35,074 nt of DNA from an uncultured Acetobacter sp. (GCA_937900755.1 CALCDN010000166.1:1-35074); one strand, 5' to 3'. Positions 1 to 9,960 are shown, numbered from the stretch's first letter. The notes: a model not told the origin generated them from the letters alone. Program-made: numbers and translations.

Positions 1-25
1 CGGCACCTCTTTACGCCACCCCCTG

Positions 26-724
26 TCAGGCTGGCATGATCCGCTCCAGCACGGCTGGAACAGCCTGCATGCCAGCCGCATCCGCCACGGCCTTGCGCCC
101 CAGTTCTGGCGCGCCATACCCCCAGCTGGCAAACACAAACGGACAGCCAGCCCCTTCGGCCGCCAGATAGTCAGGCGGCATGTCCCCCACCATCACGCTC
201 CTTGCCCCGTGGCCCCCGGCCTGTGCAATCGTGCCCAGCAGATGCCGCGCATCTGGCTTGCGGGCGGCAAAACTGTCCCCTCCGCCCACACTGGCAAACA
301 ACGCGCCAAGGCCCAGGTCCGACAGAATGCGGCGGGCGGCCTTTTCGGGTTTGTTGGTGCAGACCGCCAGTTGCCACCCTTGGGCACGGAGGCTGTGCAA
401 AGCCGCCTCCGTGCCGGGAAACAGACGGGATAACAGCGTTGCCCGTGGAGTATAGGCCGCCATGAAGCGACTGACGGCCTCCTCCAGGGAAAGAGGAAGA
501 GCAGGCATGCTCCCGCTCTGTGCCGCCTTTTGCTCCAGGCTGGCCTGCAAGGCCCGCTCCACCAGCGCCTGCACGCCGTTGCCAACCATGCCGCGCACCT
601 GCGCATTGGATAATGGAGGCAGGCCGCACTGGGCCAGAATTTCGCGGCAACATTCCGCCAGATCCGGCAAGGAATCCAGCAAAGTTCCATCCATATCAAA
701 CACGGCCAGACGCAAAGCAGACAT
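26..724 (-). CDS. gph: Phosphoglycolate phosphatase (HAD-IA hydrolase)
   Basis: HAD motif I FDMDGTLLDS, AVCTNKP, RKPD and MVGD. Start trimmed to MSALRLAVFD (alternative ATG at 733) because the longer ORF runs into glmU. Confidence 0.85.
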   Translation of the reverse strand: MSALRLAVFDMDGTLLDSLPDLAECCREILAQCGLPPLSNAQVRGMVGNGVQALVERALQASLEQKAAQSGSMPALPLSLEEAVSRFMAAYTPRATLLSRLFPGTEAALHSLRAQGWQLAVCTNKPEKAARRILSDLGLGALFASVGGGDSFAARKPDARHLLGTIAQAGGHGARSVMVGDMPPDYLAAEGAGCPFVFASWGYGAPELGRKAVADAAGMQAVPAVLERIMPA

Positions 725-833
725 TCCGTTCATCCACATCGTAAAGTTTGGAAAACTTTTATGATATTGGCATGGAGTTTTTCCATAAGCGAGACGTTTG
801 ACACATGCCATTGCTTGGCTTACCGCATCATTC

Positions 834-2180
834 ATGACGTCTGATCCCTCATTCCGTCCTGCCACAGCGGTTCTTCTGGCCGCAGGGCTGGGCACCCGCA
901 TGAAATCCTCCCGCCCCAAGGCTGTGCAACATCTGGCAGGCGGCCCCATGCTTGCCCACCTGCTGAGCAACGCGGCAGAGGTTTTTGACCGTCTGGTGGT
1001 CGTAATCGGCCCCGAAATGGCGGATGTGGCGGAGGTTGCCGCCCCCTACCCCGTGGTTATCCAGCACGAACGGCTGGGTACGGCCCATGCCGCCTTGCAG
1101 GCCGCGGACTGGTTCGGGGAGGGAGACGTGGCCGTATTATACGCCGACAACCCCCTTATTTCCGCGCAAACACTGACCGCGCTGCTGGATGAACGGCGCA
1201 AGCCCGGTGTGGGGCTGGCCCTGCTGGCCATGCGTCCGGCGGACCCCGCCCGTTATGGCCGGGTTATAACCCACGCCGGCAACGTGGAGCGCATTGTGGA
1301 ATGGGCGGACGCCACCCCCCAGGAGCGCGCCATAGACCTGTGCAATGCAGGCGTGCTGTGCGCCGACGCCACGGACTTCCGCCGCTGGCTGGAGGCCGTG
1401 GGCAATGATAACGCCAAAGGCGAATTCTACCTGACGGATGTGGTCGACCTGGCCGTGGCCGAACATGCCCAGGTGCGCGCGGTAGAAGCGGCGGAAGACG
1501 AACTGCGTGGCGTGAACTCGCGCAGCGAGCTGGCCCAGGCCGAGGCCGCCCTGCAAAAACGCCTGCGCCAGAACGCCATGGACAACGGGGTCACGCTGGT
1601 CGCGCCCGAAACAGTCTTTCTGGCGACCGATACGCAGTTGGCGGCCGATGTACTGGTCGAACCCAATGTTGTTTTTGGTCCGGGCGTTATTGTGCATGAA
1701 GGTGCTGTTGTTCGCGCGTTCAGCCACCTTGAAGGGTGTGAGGTCCATTCCGGCGCCATTATTGGCCCATATGCCCGCCTGCGGCCAGAAACCACCATTG
1801 GCGCAAACGCACGGGTTGGCAATTTTGTCGAGCTTAAAAGTGCCGAGCTTGGCGTGGGCGTCAAGGTTAACCACCTGTCCTACATCGGCAATGCCCAGGT
1901 TGGCGCGCAGTCCAACATTGGGGCCGGGACCATTGTGTGCAATTACGATGGTGTGTTCAAGCACACCACATCCATTGGCGAAAATACGTTTGTCGGCTCC
2001 AACTCCGTGCTGGTGGCTCCTGTGGACATAGGAGATACCGCCCTGATCGCCGCTGGCAGCACCATTACGGAGAATGTGCCCCCAGATGCGCTGGCTCTGG
2101 CGCGCGCGCGCCAGACCACCAAGCCCGGGCGCGGCAAACTGTTCAAAGATACCCTGAAGGCAAAAAAGGAAAACGGCTGA
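834..2180 (+). CDS. glmU: Bifunctional UDP-GlcNAc pyrophosphorylase / glucosamine-1-phosphate N-acetyltransferase
   Basis: LAAGLGTRMKS, GEFYLTD, hexapeptide repeats with GNFVELK, HLSYIG and NYDG. Directly upstream of glmS. Confidence 0.97.
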   Translation: MTSDPSFRPATAVLLAAGLGTRMKSSRPKAVQHLAGGPMLAHLLSNAAEVFDRLVVVIGPEMADVAEVAAPYPVVIQHERLGTAHAALQAADWFGEGDVAVLYADNPLISAQTLTALLDERRKPGVGLALLAMRPADPARYGRVITHAGNVERIVEWADATPQERAIDLCNAGVLCADATDFRRWLEAVGNDNAKGEFYLTDVVDLAVAEHAQVRAVEAAEDELRGVNSRSELAQAEAALQKRLRQNAMDNGVTLVAPETVFLATDTQLAADVLVEPNVVFGPGVIVHEGAVVRAFSHLEGCEVHSGAIIGPYARLRPETTIGANARVGNFVELKSAELGVGVKVNHLSYIGNAQVGAQSNIGAGTIVCNYDGVFKHTTSIGENTFVGSNSVLVAPVDIGDTALIAAGSTITENVPPDALALARARQTTKPGRGKLFKDTLKAKKENG

Positions 2181-4003
2181 TGTGTGGAATATGCGGCGTT
2201 GTCGGGTTACGCCATGCAACCCCCATTGTGCTCGAGGGCCTGCGCCGACTGGAGTATCGTGGGTATGATTCCGCAGGCATTGCCACACTGGTTGATGGGC
2301 GCGTAGAGCGCCGCCGTGCGGCGGGCAAGCTGGATAACCTGGCCAGCCTGCTGGAGCGTGACCCCCTGCCGGGCAAAACAGGCATAGGCCATACCCGCTG
2401 GGCAACCCATGGTGCGCCCACCACCTGCAATGCCCACCCCCATGGCACCGCGCGTGTGGCCATTGTGCATAACGGTATTATTGAAAATTTCGAGGCCCTG
2501 CGCCAGGAGCTTGAAGGTGCCGGTCAGGTTTTTGAAACCGAAACCGACAGCGAAACCATAGCCCTTCTGGTGGACTACTACCTGCAACAGGGCCTGCCCC
2601 CCAGGGATGCCGCCCTTAAGGCGCTCAAACGCCTGGATGGCGCTTACGCCATTGCCATGATCTTTGCGGGCCATGAAGGACTGATGATCGGGGCCTGCAA
2701 CAACGCCCCCCTGGCCGTGGGCTTTGGCGATGACGAGTTGTTCCTTGGCTCGGACTCCCTCGCACTCGCCCCCCTGACGCGCCGCATCACCTACATGGAA
2801 AACGGCGACTGCGTTGTGATTACCCCCCAGGGGGCGGACTTCATGACTTTTGATGGCGCCCCCCTTGAACGCCCAATGCAGATTACCGCCCTGACCGCAG
2901 GCTCCATTGGCAAGGATGGCTACCGCCATTACATGGAAAAGGAACTGCACGAACACCCGCTGGTTATCGGGCAGACCCTCCAACGCATGATTGACCCGGC
3001 CACGCGCAAGGTCGTGCTGCCAGACCTGCCCTTTGACCTTGCCACAGTGCCCCGTGCGGTTGTTACCGCCTGTGGTTCGGCCTTTTACGCGGGCATGGTC
3101 GGGCGTTACTGGCTGGAGGAAATTGCACGCCTTCCAGTCGATATCGACGTTGCCAGCGAGATGCGCTACCGCAATCCGCCACTCAGCGCGGGCTCGCTGG
3201 GCCTGCTGATCTCCCAGTCGGGAGAGACGGCGGATACGCTGGCGGCCCTGCGCAGTCTGCGCGAAAAGGCCGTACACATCCTGTCCGTTCTCAACGTGGA
3301 ACACAGCACCATGGCGCGTGAAAGCGATGTGCTGCTGGGAACTGTGGCCGGGCCGGAAATTTCGGTGGCGTCCACAAAAGCCTTTACCGCGCAGTTGACC
3401 GTGCTGGCCTGCCTGACCATTGCCACCGCACGCGCCCGTGGCATGCTTGACCCGCTGGGAGAAGAGGAACTGGTGGCCGCTCTCATGGACCTGCCCAGCC
3501 GTGCGGCCGAAGTGTTCAACCAGGGGGACGCTATTCGGCGGATGGCCGCCGTTGTGGCCGAAGCACGCGACGTCCTGTACCTTGGCCGGGGCAGCATGTT
3601 CCCCGTGGCCATGGAAGGCGCGCTCAAGCTGAAGGAAATTTCCTACATCCATGCCGAAGCCTACGCCGCGGGGGAAATGAAGCATGGCCCCATCTCCCTG
3701 ATCGACCGGACCGTGCCAATTGTCGCCAGCGTGCCCTCAACGCCCCTGTTCGACAAAACCCTGTCCAACCTGCAGGAAGCGAAGGCCCGTGGCGGTCGCC
3801 TGCTGGTCTTTACCGATACGCAGGGCGCGGACCGGGTTTCGGCCATTGCGGAGCAGATTGTGGTGCTCCCGCGTGTGCATGACTTTGTCGCCCCGATCCT
3901 GCAGACCATTCCTGTGCAGATGCTGGCTTACGAAGTGGCCGTGCTCAAAGGGACCGATGTTGACCAGCCCCGCAATCTGGCAAAATCCGTAACGGTGGAA
4001 TAA
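2180..4003 (+). CDS. glmS: Glutamine--fructose-6-phosphate aminotransferase
   Basis: N-terminal MCGI, LEYRGYDSAG, GHTRWATHG, SQSGETADT and C-terminal PRNLAKSVTVE. TGATG overlap with the glmU stop. Confidence 0.98.
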   Translation: MCGICGVVGLRHATPIVLEGLRRLEYRGYDSAGIATLVDGRVERRRAAGKLDNLASLLERDPLPGKTGIGHTRWATHGAPTTCNAHPHGTARVAIVHNGIIENFEALRQELEGAGQVFETETDSETIALLVDYYLQQGLPPRDAALKALKRLDGAYAIAMIFAGHEGLMIGACNNAPLAVGFGDDELFLGSDSLALAPLTRRITYMENGDCVVITPQGADFMTFDGAPLERPMQITALTAGSIGKDGYRHYMEKELHEHPLVIGQTLQRMIDPATRKVVLPDLPFDLATVPRAVVTACGSAFYAGMVGRYWLEEIARLPVDIDVASEMRYRNPPLSAGSLGLLISQSGETADTLAALRSLREKAVHILSVLNVEHSTMARESDVLLGTVAGPEISVASTKAFTAQLTVLACLTIATARARGMLDPLGEEELVAALMDLPSRAAEVFNQGDAIRRMAAVVAEARDVLYLGRGSMFPVAMEGALKLKEISYIHAEAYAAGEMKHGPISLIDRTVPIVASVPSTPLFDKTLSNLQEAKARGGRLLVFTDTQGADRVSAIAEQIVVLPRVHDFVAPILQTIPVQMLAYEVAVLKGTDVDQPRNLAKSVTVE

Positions 4004-4008
4004 CTGCC

Positions 4009-4050
4009 GGGCAAAGGCTGGTCGCTCCCCATGGATGCCAGCCTTTGCCC
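4009..4050. terminator. Stem-loop between convergent glmS and DUF3108-like gene
   Basis: Perfect 13-bp inverted repeat GGGCAAAGGCTGG...CCAGCCTTTGCCC with a 16-nt loop. No clear U-tract. Confidence 0.6.
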
Positions 4051-4058
4051 CTGCACGG

Positions 4059-4943
4059 TCAGGGGATCTGCCTTGGGGTCTCGTCCAGCCGCATGACAAT
4101 ATGCCCCATTTTGGGGTGTTCAATTTCCAGCCTGACAACGGACATGCCGATGTTGGGAATATCCTCAAACCAGATCCGTCCCAATTGCGGCTGCCTGAGC
4201 TTGCTGAACTGGCTGTCCGCCTTGAAGCCCCGGACCTGTTGCATGACAAAATTGCAGGTCCAGGCCTGTGTGCCCCACGCCCTGGATGCACCCGAGGGCG
4301 GGCGCTCGGTTCCTGTATTGCGCATGTTCAATGTGCTGAGCCGCAATCCGTCAAAAAATTTCTGGGTTGCCTCCTCACAGTGCTGCGTGGTTTGCAACTG
4401 GTGCACCAGCCCCACCAGAATGGCCACCACATCCTGCGCCCCGGCCCGTTCCTCCGGGGTGACGACCTCGCGGTTGTCCAAAGGGGGGTCCTGCACGGTA
4501 ATCTGGGGCACGCCCCCTTGATAAACCATGTGCAGATGGCTTTGCTCGTGGTTGTAGGAGCCTGCGCTGTCATACTGTGCGGGCTCGATCCGCCCGTTGG
4601 CCAGGAACAGGCCTGAGCCTTGCATGCGCATGTCCGTTTGCACAAACAGCCCCAGCAGGCCCGCGGTCCGAACCTGGGCAATACCACTATAGGCGTTACT
4701 GCCCAGCCTGTAGGAGACATCCGCGGTCAGCACGTGCAGGCCATGCATGTTGATGAAATAGCGCGCCGATGTCTGGACAACCCCACCCTGAAGCGTGGCC
4801 TGCTGGGCCGTGGCCTGCTGGGCCGTGGCGCAAAACGCGACAGGCAGCAACCCGACCCGCACACCCAGGGCAATAGCCCGTGTGGCCCGATGGCACATTT
4901 TTTTCTGGTTCGACATTCCTGCCAGCACACCGGCAAAATGCAT
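4059..4943 (-). CDS. Exported protein, DUF3108-like
   Basis: Signal-like segment RAIALGVRVGLLPVAFCATA, beta-rich pattern with RTAGLLGLF and FFDGLR resembling DUF3108 proteins. Start uncertain (4943, 4916 or 4898). Confidence 0.65.
   Translation of the reverse strand: MHFAGVLAGMSNQKKMCHRATRAIALGVRVGLLPVAFCATAQQATAQQATLQGGVVQTSARYFINMHGLHVLTADVSYRLGSNAYSGIAQVRTAGLLGLFVQTDMRMQGSGLFLANGRIEPAQYDSAGSYNHEQSHLHMVYQGGVPQITVQDPPLDNREVVTPEERAGAQDVVAILVGLVHQLQTTQHCEEATQKFFDGLRLSTLNMRNTGTERPPSGASRAWGTQAWTCNFVMQQVRGFKADSQFSKLRQPQLGRIWFEDIPNIGMSVVRLEIEHPKMGHIVMRLDETPRQIP
4794..4829. repeat. 15-bp tandem repeat, about 2.4 copies, encoding ATAQQ-ATAQQ-AT
   Basis: CGTGGCCTGCTGGGC twice, followed by CGTGGC. 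Confidence 0.85.
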
Positions 4944-4975
4944 TGTCTGTTCCTGTTCGCCTGCGGTCAAAACAT

Positions 4976-5776
4976 CTAGCCCGCGCGATAGCCAAGCCGG
5001 AAGGAAACAGCCTCTGCCAACCGCGATGCAACGGCCCCAAGGCGCGCAACACTGTACCGCCCCAACTCCGCCTGAGGCAGGCTGATCCCGATCCCCGCCA
5101 GCGCACGCCCGGAATGGTCTTTGACAACAGCGCCAAAGCACCACAGCCCGTCATGCACCTGTTCGTCATCTACCGCATAGCCACGCTCCTTGATTTCACC
5201 AATTTCGCGCACCAGCGTTGTTACCGAGCATATGCCATTGGGTGTAAGCGGCTGGGGCCACATTGTAACCGGGTGCAGGGCCAGCCACTCGCGGAACGAG
5301 GCATCGTCCATGCCCGCCAGTATGGCGTTCCCCGTAGCCGTAAATATGGCGGGCAGACGCATGCCCACCCTGAAAGACGCACCAAGCACGGTGGCGCTGT
5401 TGCGGCAGGCCACATACACAACCTCCGCCCCTTCCAGCATGGTGAGCGTGACGGTGAAGGACTCCAGATCCGAGCGAGTCTCCAGCACATGATAGAACTC
5501 GGTCACCAGGTCGCGCTTTTCCGTGACATCCCCCGCCCAGTCGAGCAGACGTGTACCCAGCCGATAGCCCTGCGTTACCGTTTTTTCCAGCAGCCCCAGC
5601 TCTTGCATGACCGCCAGCAACCCGTGCGCCGTACTGCGCGGTAAATCCAGCTGTCTGGCCACATCCGCCGCTAGGGGAGGTTTGGTGGCTTCCTTGACCA
5701 TATCAAGAATCCGAACGGCCCGGCGAAGAGCGGGAACCGTATCCTGCGATTTGGACATATTATTCTTATTTTCCAT
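4976..5776 (-). CDS. IclR-family transcriptional regulator
   Basis: N-terminal HTH (VPALRRAVRIL...LDLPRSTAHGLL), YRLG, and effector domain motifs VGMRLPAIFTATG and RGYAVDDEQ. Alternative start at 5758. Confidence 0.93.
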   Translation of the reverse strand: MENKNNMSKSQDTVPALRRAVRILDMVKEATKPPLAADVARQLDLPRSTAHGLLAVMQELGLLEKTVTQGYRLGTRLLDWAGDVTEKRDLVTEFYHVLETRSDLESFTVTLTMLEGAEVVYVACRNSATVLGASFRVGMRLPAIFTATGNAILAGMDDASFREWLALHPVTMWPQPLTPNGICSVTTLVREIGEIKERGYAVDDEQVHDGLWCFGAVVKDHSGRALAGIGISLPQAELGRYSVARLGAVASRLAEAVSFRLGYRAG

Positions 5777-5777
5777 G

Positions 5778-5806
5778 TTGACAGGAGGGGCTCATATCTT
5801 CATATT
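5778..5806 (+). promoter_or_regulatory. Sigma70-type promoter facing the glutathione peroxidase gene
   Basis: TTGACA (5778-5783), 17-nt spacer, CATATT (5801-5806). Confidence 0.65.
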
Positions 5807-5838
5807 CCACATACGGGATCGAGTTCAACATAATGAAC
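5804..5838. promoter_or_regulatory. Two tandem 16-bp imperfect palindromes, candidate IclR operator
   Basis: ATTCCACATACGGGAT (5804-5819) and GTTCAACATAATGAAC (5823-5838) share TTC-ACATA at the same positions. Confidence 0.5.
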
Positions 5839-6020
5839 AAGAAAAATCAGGACACGATCTTGCCGCGCACAAGATGTGGTGGAAGTCTGGCACAAGAACC
5901 CAAAACAGGGCAGCAGGCTTCCACCCACTATTCGCAGACTTCATAACATCTCGCTCCTTTCCTTGCGGTGCGCTACACAGGATGTCTTTCCTGCCACAAA
6001 AGCAGCAAGAGGGCAGCACC

Positions 6021-6509
6021 TTGGCAACACGCATTGACGATTTTACCTTACCCGCACTGGATGGCACCAGCATTGACCTGAGTGCGTATAAGGGCCAGCC
6101 AATCCTGATTGTGAACACTGCCTCCAAATGTGGGTTTACCCCACAATACGAGGGCCTGCAGGCCCTGTGGACACAGTTCCACAAGGCGGGGCTGGTTATT
6201 ATTGGCGTTCCCAGCAATGATTTTGGCCACCAGGAACCCGGCACATCCACCGATATCGCCACATTCTGCCAAAAAAACTATGGCGTTACCTTTCCCATGG
6301 CCGCGCGCAGCGTGGTCAAAGGCCAGGACGCCATACCGCTCTTCAAGTGGCTGGATGGGGAACTGGGTTTTCTGGCCCGGCCACGGTGGAATTTCTTCAA
6401 ATACCTGATCGGGCGCAATGGCCAGCCAGTCGCATGGTTTTCCTGCCTGACTCCCCCCACATCCGCCCGCGTGCGTAACGCGGTGGAGCGGGCATTGCTC
6501 CCGGCCTGA
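6021..6509 (+). CDS. Glutathione peroxidase family protein (Cys type, probably thioredoxin-dependent)
   Basis: VNTASKCGFTPQY, PSNDFGHQEPG, FCQKNYGVTF and WNF. TTG start preceded by GAGGG; alternative ATG at 5982. Confidence 0.93.
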   Translation: MATRIDDFTLPALDGTSIDLSAYKGQPILIVNTASKCGFTPQYEGLQALWTQFHKAGLVIIGVPSNDFGHQEPGTSTDIATFCQKNYGVTFPMAARSVVKGQDAIPLFKWLDGELGFLARPRWNFFKYLIGRNGQPVAWFSCLTPPTSARVRNAVERALLPA

Positions 6510-6530
6510 GTAGCCACCCACTCCCGCACG

Positions 6531-6596
6531 AACAAAAAAGGCGGCAACCTGCCCCCTCCGTAACTGAGGGGAAGCAGGTGCCGCCTTTATTTGTTT
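6531..6596. terminator. Bidirectional intrinsic terminator between gpx and lolD
   Basis: Long imperfect hairpin AAAGGCGGCA-ACCTGC-CCCCTC...GAGGGG-AA-GCAGGT-GCCGCCTTT flanked by A and T tracts. Confidence 0.8.
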
Positions 6597-7283
6597 TTAC
6601 CGTGTGACCAGTTTGCCATCACGCAAGGTTACAACCCGGTCCATGCGTGGCAGAAGTTCTTCATTATGGGTCGCAACCAGTGCGGCCAGCCCCCGCTTGC
6701 GCACAGCCTCCAGCAATTCGGCAAACACCGCATCGGCCGTATGCACGTCAAGGTTGCCCGTAGGCTCATCCGCCAGCAGAAGGGACGGGGTATTGGCCAA
6801 TGCGCGGGCAATGGCCACACGCTGCTGCTCCCCGCCCGAAAGCTTACCCGGCAGATGGTTGACCCTGTGGGCAAGGCCGAACATGTCCAACAGGCGCTCG
6901 GCCTCCAGCCGGGCCGCCCGCTTGGACACACCGGCTATCATCTGTGGCAGAACAACATTTTCCCGCGCGGTGAACTCACCCAGCAGGTGATGAAACTGGT
7001 ACACAAAGCCAATTTCATCCCGCCGTAGGGCCGTGCGCCCGGCATCGGCCAGATGCCTGGTCGATTGCCCACCAATAATAATATCGCCGGCATCTGGCGT
7101 GTCCAACAGGCCAGCCAGATGCAGCAATGTGGACTTACCCGTGCCAGATGGCGCGACCAGGGCTACAATTTCCCCCGCATGCAGGGCAAAATCCGCGCCC
7201 TGCAAAATGGGCAGCACGTCATGCTCGCCACTGCGATAGGTTTTTTCAACGCCTTCAAGGCGTAACACCACAGTCTCATTCAT
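6597..7283 (-). CDS. lolD: Lipoprotein-releasing ABC transporter ATP-binding protein
   Basis: [33 protein letters not shown] and [11 protein letters not shown]. Start MNETVV overlaps the lolC/E stop. Confidence 0.93.
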   Translation of the reverse strand: MNETVVLRLEGVEKTYRSGEHDVLPILQGADFALHAGEIVALVAPSGTGKSTLLHLAGLLDTPDAGDIIIGGQSTRHLADAGRTALRRDEIGFVYQFHHLLGEFTARENVVLPQMIAGVSKRAARLEAERLLDMFGLAHRVNHLPGKLSGGEQQRVAIARALANTPSLLLADEPTGNLDVHTADAVFAELLEAVRKRGLAALVATHNEELLPRMDRVVTLRDGKLVTR

Positions 7284-8526
7284 GACGGAGCGCCTCAACC
7301 GGGTCTGTTCTGGCGGCACGCCACGCCGGATACAATGTTGCCAGAAGCGAAAGCAGGAGCGCCATGCCGATGACTTCCCCAACCTGGCCCCATTCCAGTT
7401 TGGCAGGCAGATGCTCAAGGTAATACACCTCCGGGTTGAACAGGTTCGTACCCGTAAGGCTTTGCAGCAATTGCCGAATACGCTCGATATTCATGCAGAA
7501 CACAATGCCAAGGGCCGTACCCGCCACCGTGCCTGTAACCCCCACCGAGGCCCCGCACATGAGAAAAATGCGCATAATGGCGCCACGGCTGGCCCCAATG
7601 GTGCGCAACACGGCAATATCGGCCGTTTTGTCCTTGACCATCATGATAAGGGAGGAAATCACATTGAACGCCGCCACAACAATAATCAGGGTCAGGATAA
7701 GGAACATGACGTTCTGCTCCACCTGAACAGCCCCGAACAGGGCATTGTTGGCGGTTGTCCAGTCCAGCACCCGCAGGCCGGGGTCATCCACCGCCCTGAC
7801 AATGGCCAAAGTCACCGGGCGCACATGCTCGGCATCCTTTGTGGCCACCTGAATTTGCGTCACCTTGCCCGGCATTTGAAAATAGACCTGGGCTGCGTGC
7901 ATGGGCAGGAACACAACGCTGGAATTATAGTCGTTCACGCCTGCATCAAAAATGGCGCTCACATGGTACGAGCGCACACGCGGCACCGTGCCAAAAGCGG
8001 TTGCTGCTCCCTCGGGAGACACCAGCGTCAGGCGCGAACCAATGGACAGCCCTGCCCGCTCGGCCATGGTCACGCCCACAACAATGGCGTCATCCCCCTG
8101 ACCGAACTTGTCCAGCGAACCCGCCACAAGGGAGGAACTCACGGCCTTGAGGTCCTGCAACCCCTGAGCCGTAATGCCATGCACCATGCCACCCGCACTA
8201 TACTCGCCCGCGCTCAGCAGCACCTGCCCTTCTATGATCGGCGTGGCACTCAGCACGTCAGGAACCATGCGGACTTCCTGCGCCACATCCTCATACTGCG
8301 AGATGGTGCGGCCCGCGCCATAAATGGTCAGGTCCCCGTTCAGGCCCAGAATACGACCCATGAGGTCGGCCTGAAAACCGTTCATCACCGCCATGACAAT
8401 AATCAGCGTGGCAACGCCCAGGGCAATGCCCACAAGGGAAAATATGGCGATGATGGAAACAAACCGTTCCCCGCGCCGCGCGCGAAGATAACGGCCAGCT
8501 ACCGCACGCTCGAAGGGACCGAACAT
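7276..8526 (-). CDS. lolE: Lipoprotein-releasing ABC transporter permease (LolC/E family)
   Basis: [35 protein letters not shown] and YPAWRAA. Adjacent to lolD. Confidence 0.92.
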   Translation of the reverse strand: MFGPFERAVAGRYLRARRGERFVSIIAIFSLVGIALGVATLIIVMAVMNGFQADLMGRILGLNGDLTIYGAGRTISQYEDVAQEVRMVPDVLSATPIIEGQVLLSAGEYSAGGMVHGITAQGLQDLKAVSSSLVAGSLDKFGQGDDAIVVGVTMAERAGLSIGSRLTLVSPEGAATAFGTVPRVRSYHVSAIFDAGVNDYNSSVVFLPMHAAQVYFQMPGKVTQIQVATKDAEHVRPVTLAIVRAVDDPGLRVLDWTTANNALFGAVQVEQNVMFLILTLIIVVAAFNVISSLIMMVKDKTADIAVLRTIGASRGAIMRIFLMCGASVGVTGTVAGTALGIVFCMNIERIRQLLQSLTGTNLFNPEVYYLEHLPAKLEWGQVGEVIGMALLLSLLATLYPAWRAARTDPVEALRHE

Positions 8527-8531
8527 CGTGA

Positions 8532-9848
8532 TCAGCCTGCCAGAACCAGGGTCAGCGCTTCGTCCACGCTCAGTTCCTGCCGTTCACCCGTTGCACGGCG
8601 CTTGAGTTCCACCCGGCCTTCCTTCGCACTGCGGGGGCCAACAACAATCTGCCACGGGTGGCCCATCAGGTCCGCATCGGCAAATTTTACCCCAGCCCGC
8701 TCGGGGCGGTCATCATACAAGAACGCTTCGGGGGCTTTGGCGTAGATCTGCTCGCAAACCGCATCGCACAGCGTATCTCCCGATTTCAGGTTCAGGATGC
8801 CCGCGCGGAAAGGAGCTACGGAATCGGGCCAGATAATGCCGTTTTCATCATGGCAGGCCTCGATAATGGCCCCCGCAAGGCGGGATACACCAATACCGTA
8901 GGACCCCATTTCGGGGAAGAACTGCGCGCCATCGGCACCGCTTACGCTCACATCCATGGACTGCGTGTATTTGGTGCCAAAATAGAAGATATGCCCGACT
9001 TCCACCCCGCGCCCTTCCCGCTTGCGGTCGTCTGGCACGGCCTCCCACGCGGCTGTATCGTGCATTTCGTCCGTGGCGGCGTAGGGGGTGGTCACACGGT
9101 TGAAAAACGCTTCGAGCGCTTCGGGGCTATTGGTGTCTACCGGTTCGTCCAGCCAGTCCTGGTCTTCCAGTGCGGCGTCATAGAACACCCCGCTCTCCCC
9201 CGTTGGGGCCAGAATAAGGAATTCGTGGCTGAGTTCGCCACCAATCGGCCCCGTATCGGCCCGCATGGGCACCGCGCGCACACCAAGGCGCTGGAAGGTG
9301 CGCAGGTAAGCCAGCATCATGCGCCGGTAGGTTGCAACAGCCGATGCGTAGTCCACATCAAAGCTGTAAGCGTCCTTCATCAGAAATTCGCGGCCGCGCA
9401 TCACGCCAAAGCGGGGGCGCATCTCGTCGCGGAATTTCCACTGGATATGGTACAGAACCTGCGGCAGGTCCTTGTAGGATTTGACCGTCTGACCAAACAG
9501 GTCGGTTATCATTTCCTCATTGGTTGGCCCATACAGCAGTTCACGCTTGTGGCGGTCCTGAATACGCAGCATTTCCGGGCCGTAGGCATCATACCGGCCT
9601 GAACGGCGCCATAGATCGGCGGACTGCAAGGTTGGCATCAGCACTTCCTGCGCATCCACCCGGTCCTGCTCCTCACGCACGATCTGGCTGATGTTGCGCA
9701 GCACTTTAAGCCCGGCTGGCAGCCATGCGTAGATGCCCGAAGCCGTCTGACGGATCAGGCCCGCGCGGAGCATGAGCCTGTGAGAGACGATCTGCGCCTC
9801 TGCCGGATTTTCCTTGAGAGTGGGTAGAAAGCTGCGCGAAAGACGCAT
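8532..9848 (-). CDS. proS: Proline--tRNA ligase, short alphaproteobacterial type
   Basis: [52 protein letters not shown] and GIGVSR. Confidence 0.97.
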   Translation of the reverse strand: MRLSRSFLPTLKENPAEAQIVSHRLMLRAGLIRQTASGIYAWLPAGLKVLRNISQIVREEQDRVDAQEVLMPTLQSADLWRRSGRYDAYGPEMLRIQDRHKRELLYGPTNEEMITDLFGQTVKSYKDLPQVLYHIQWKFRDEMRPRFGVMRGREFLMKDAYSFDVDYASAVATYRRMMLAYLRTFQRLGVRAVPMRADTGPIGGELSHEFLILAPTGESGVFYDAALEDQDWLDEPVDTNSPEALEAFFNRVTTPYAATDEMHDTAAWEAVPDDRKREGRGVEVGHIFYFGTKYTQSMDVSVSGADGAQFFPEMGSYGIGVSRLAGAIIEACHDENGIIWPDSVAPFRAGILNLKSGDTLCDAVCEQIYAKAPEAFLYDDRPERAGVKFADADLMGHPWQIVVGPRSAKEGRVELKRRATGERQELSVDEALTLVLAG

Positions 9849-9933
9849 GAACATTCAGCCTTGTATAAGGGCGGGCCTCCGGCAAAAAAGAGGCAGCCTG
9901 TGTTGTCTGTCATCAAGCTGTAAAACAGCCCTG

Positions 9934-9960
9934 AACAAAAGAAAACCCGGCGGAACCGGG
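9934..9960 (-). terminator. Intrinsic terminator after rnj
   Basis: On the minus strand CCCGG-TTCCG-CCGGG followed by TTTTCTTTTGTT. Confidence 0.5.

Noticed and set aside
1937-2179. N-terminal extensions in the ORF track (glmS, gph, gpx, lolD, nuoH, nuoI, lon)
   Set aside because: They overlap neighbouring genes or regulatory DNA. Downstream starts fit the family N-termini and ribosome-binding sites, and GlmS needs Cys directly after Met.
2685-2715. GlmS segment GACNNAPL differs from the common ARxGSPL pattern
   Set aside because: All catalytic motifs are intact, and without an alignment this cannot be told apart from ordinary lineage variation.
6111-6150. Possible selenocysteine glutathione peroxidase
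   Set aside because: The active-site codon is TGT (Cys) and there is no in-frame TGA.
8532-9848. ProRS lacking a full editing (INS) domain
   Set aside because: The short form is well known in alphaproteobacteria.
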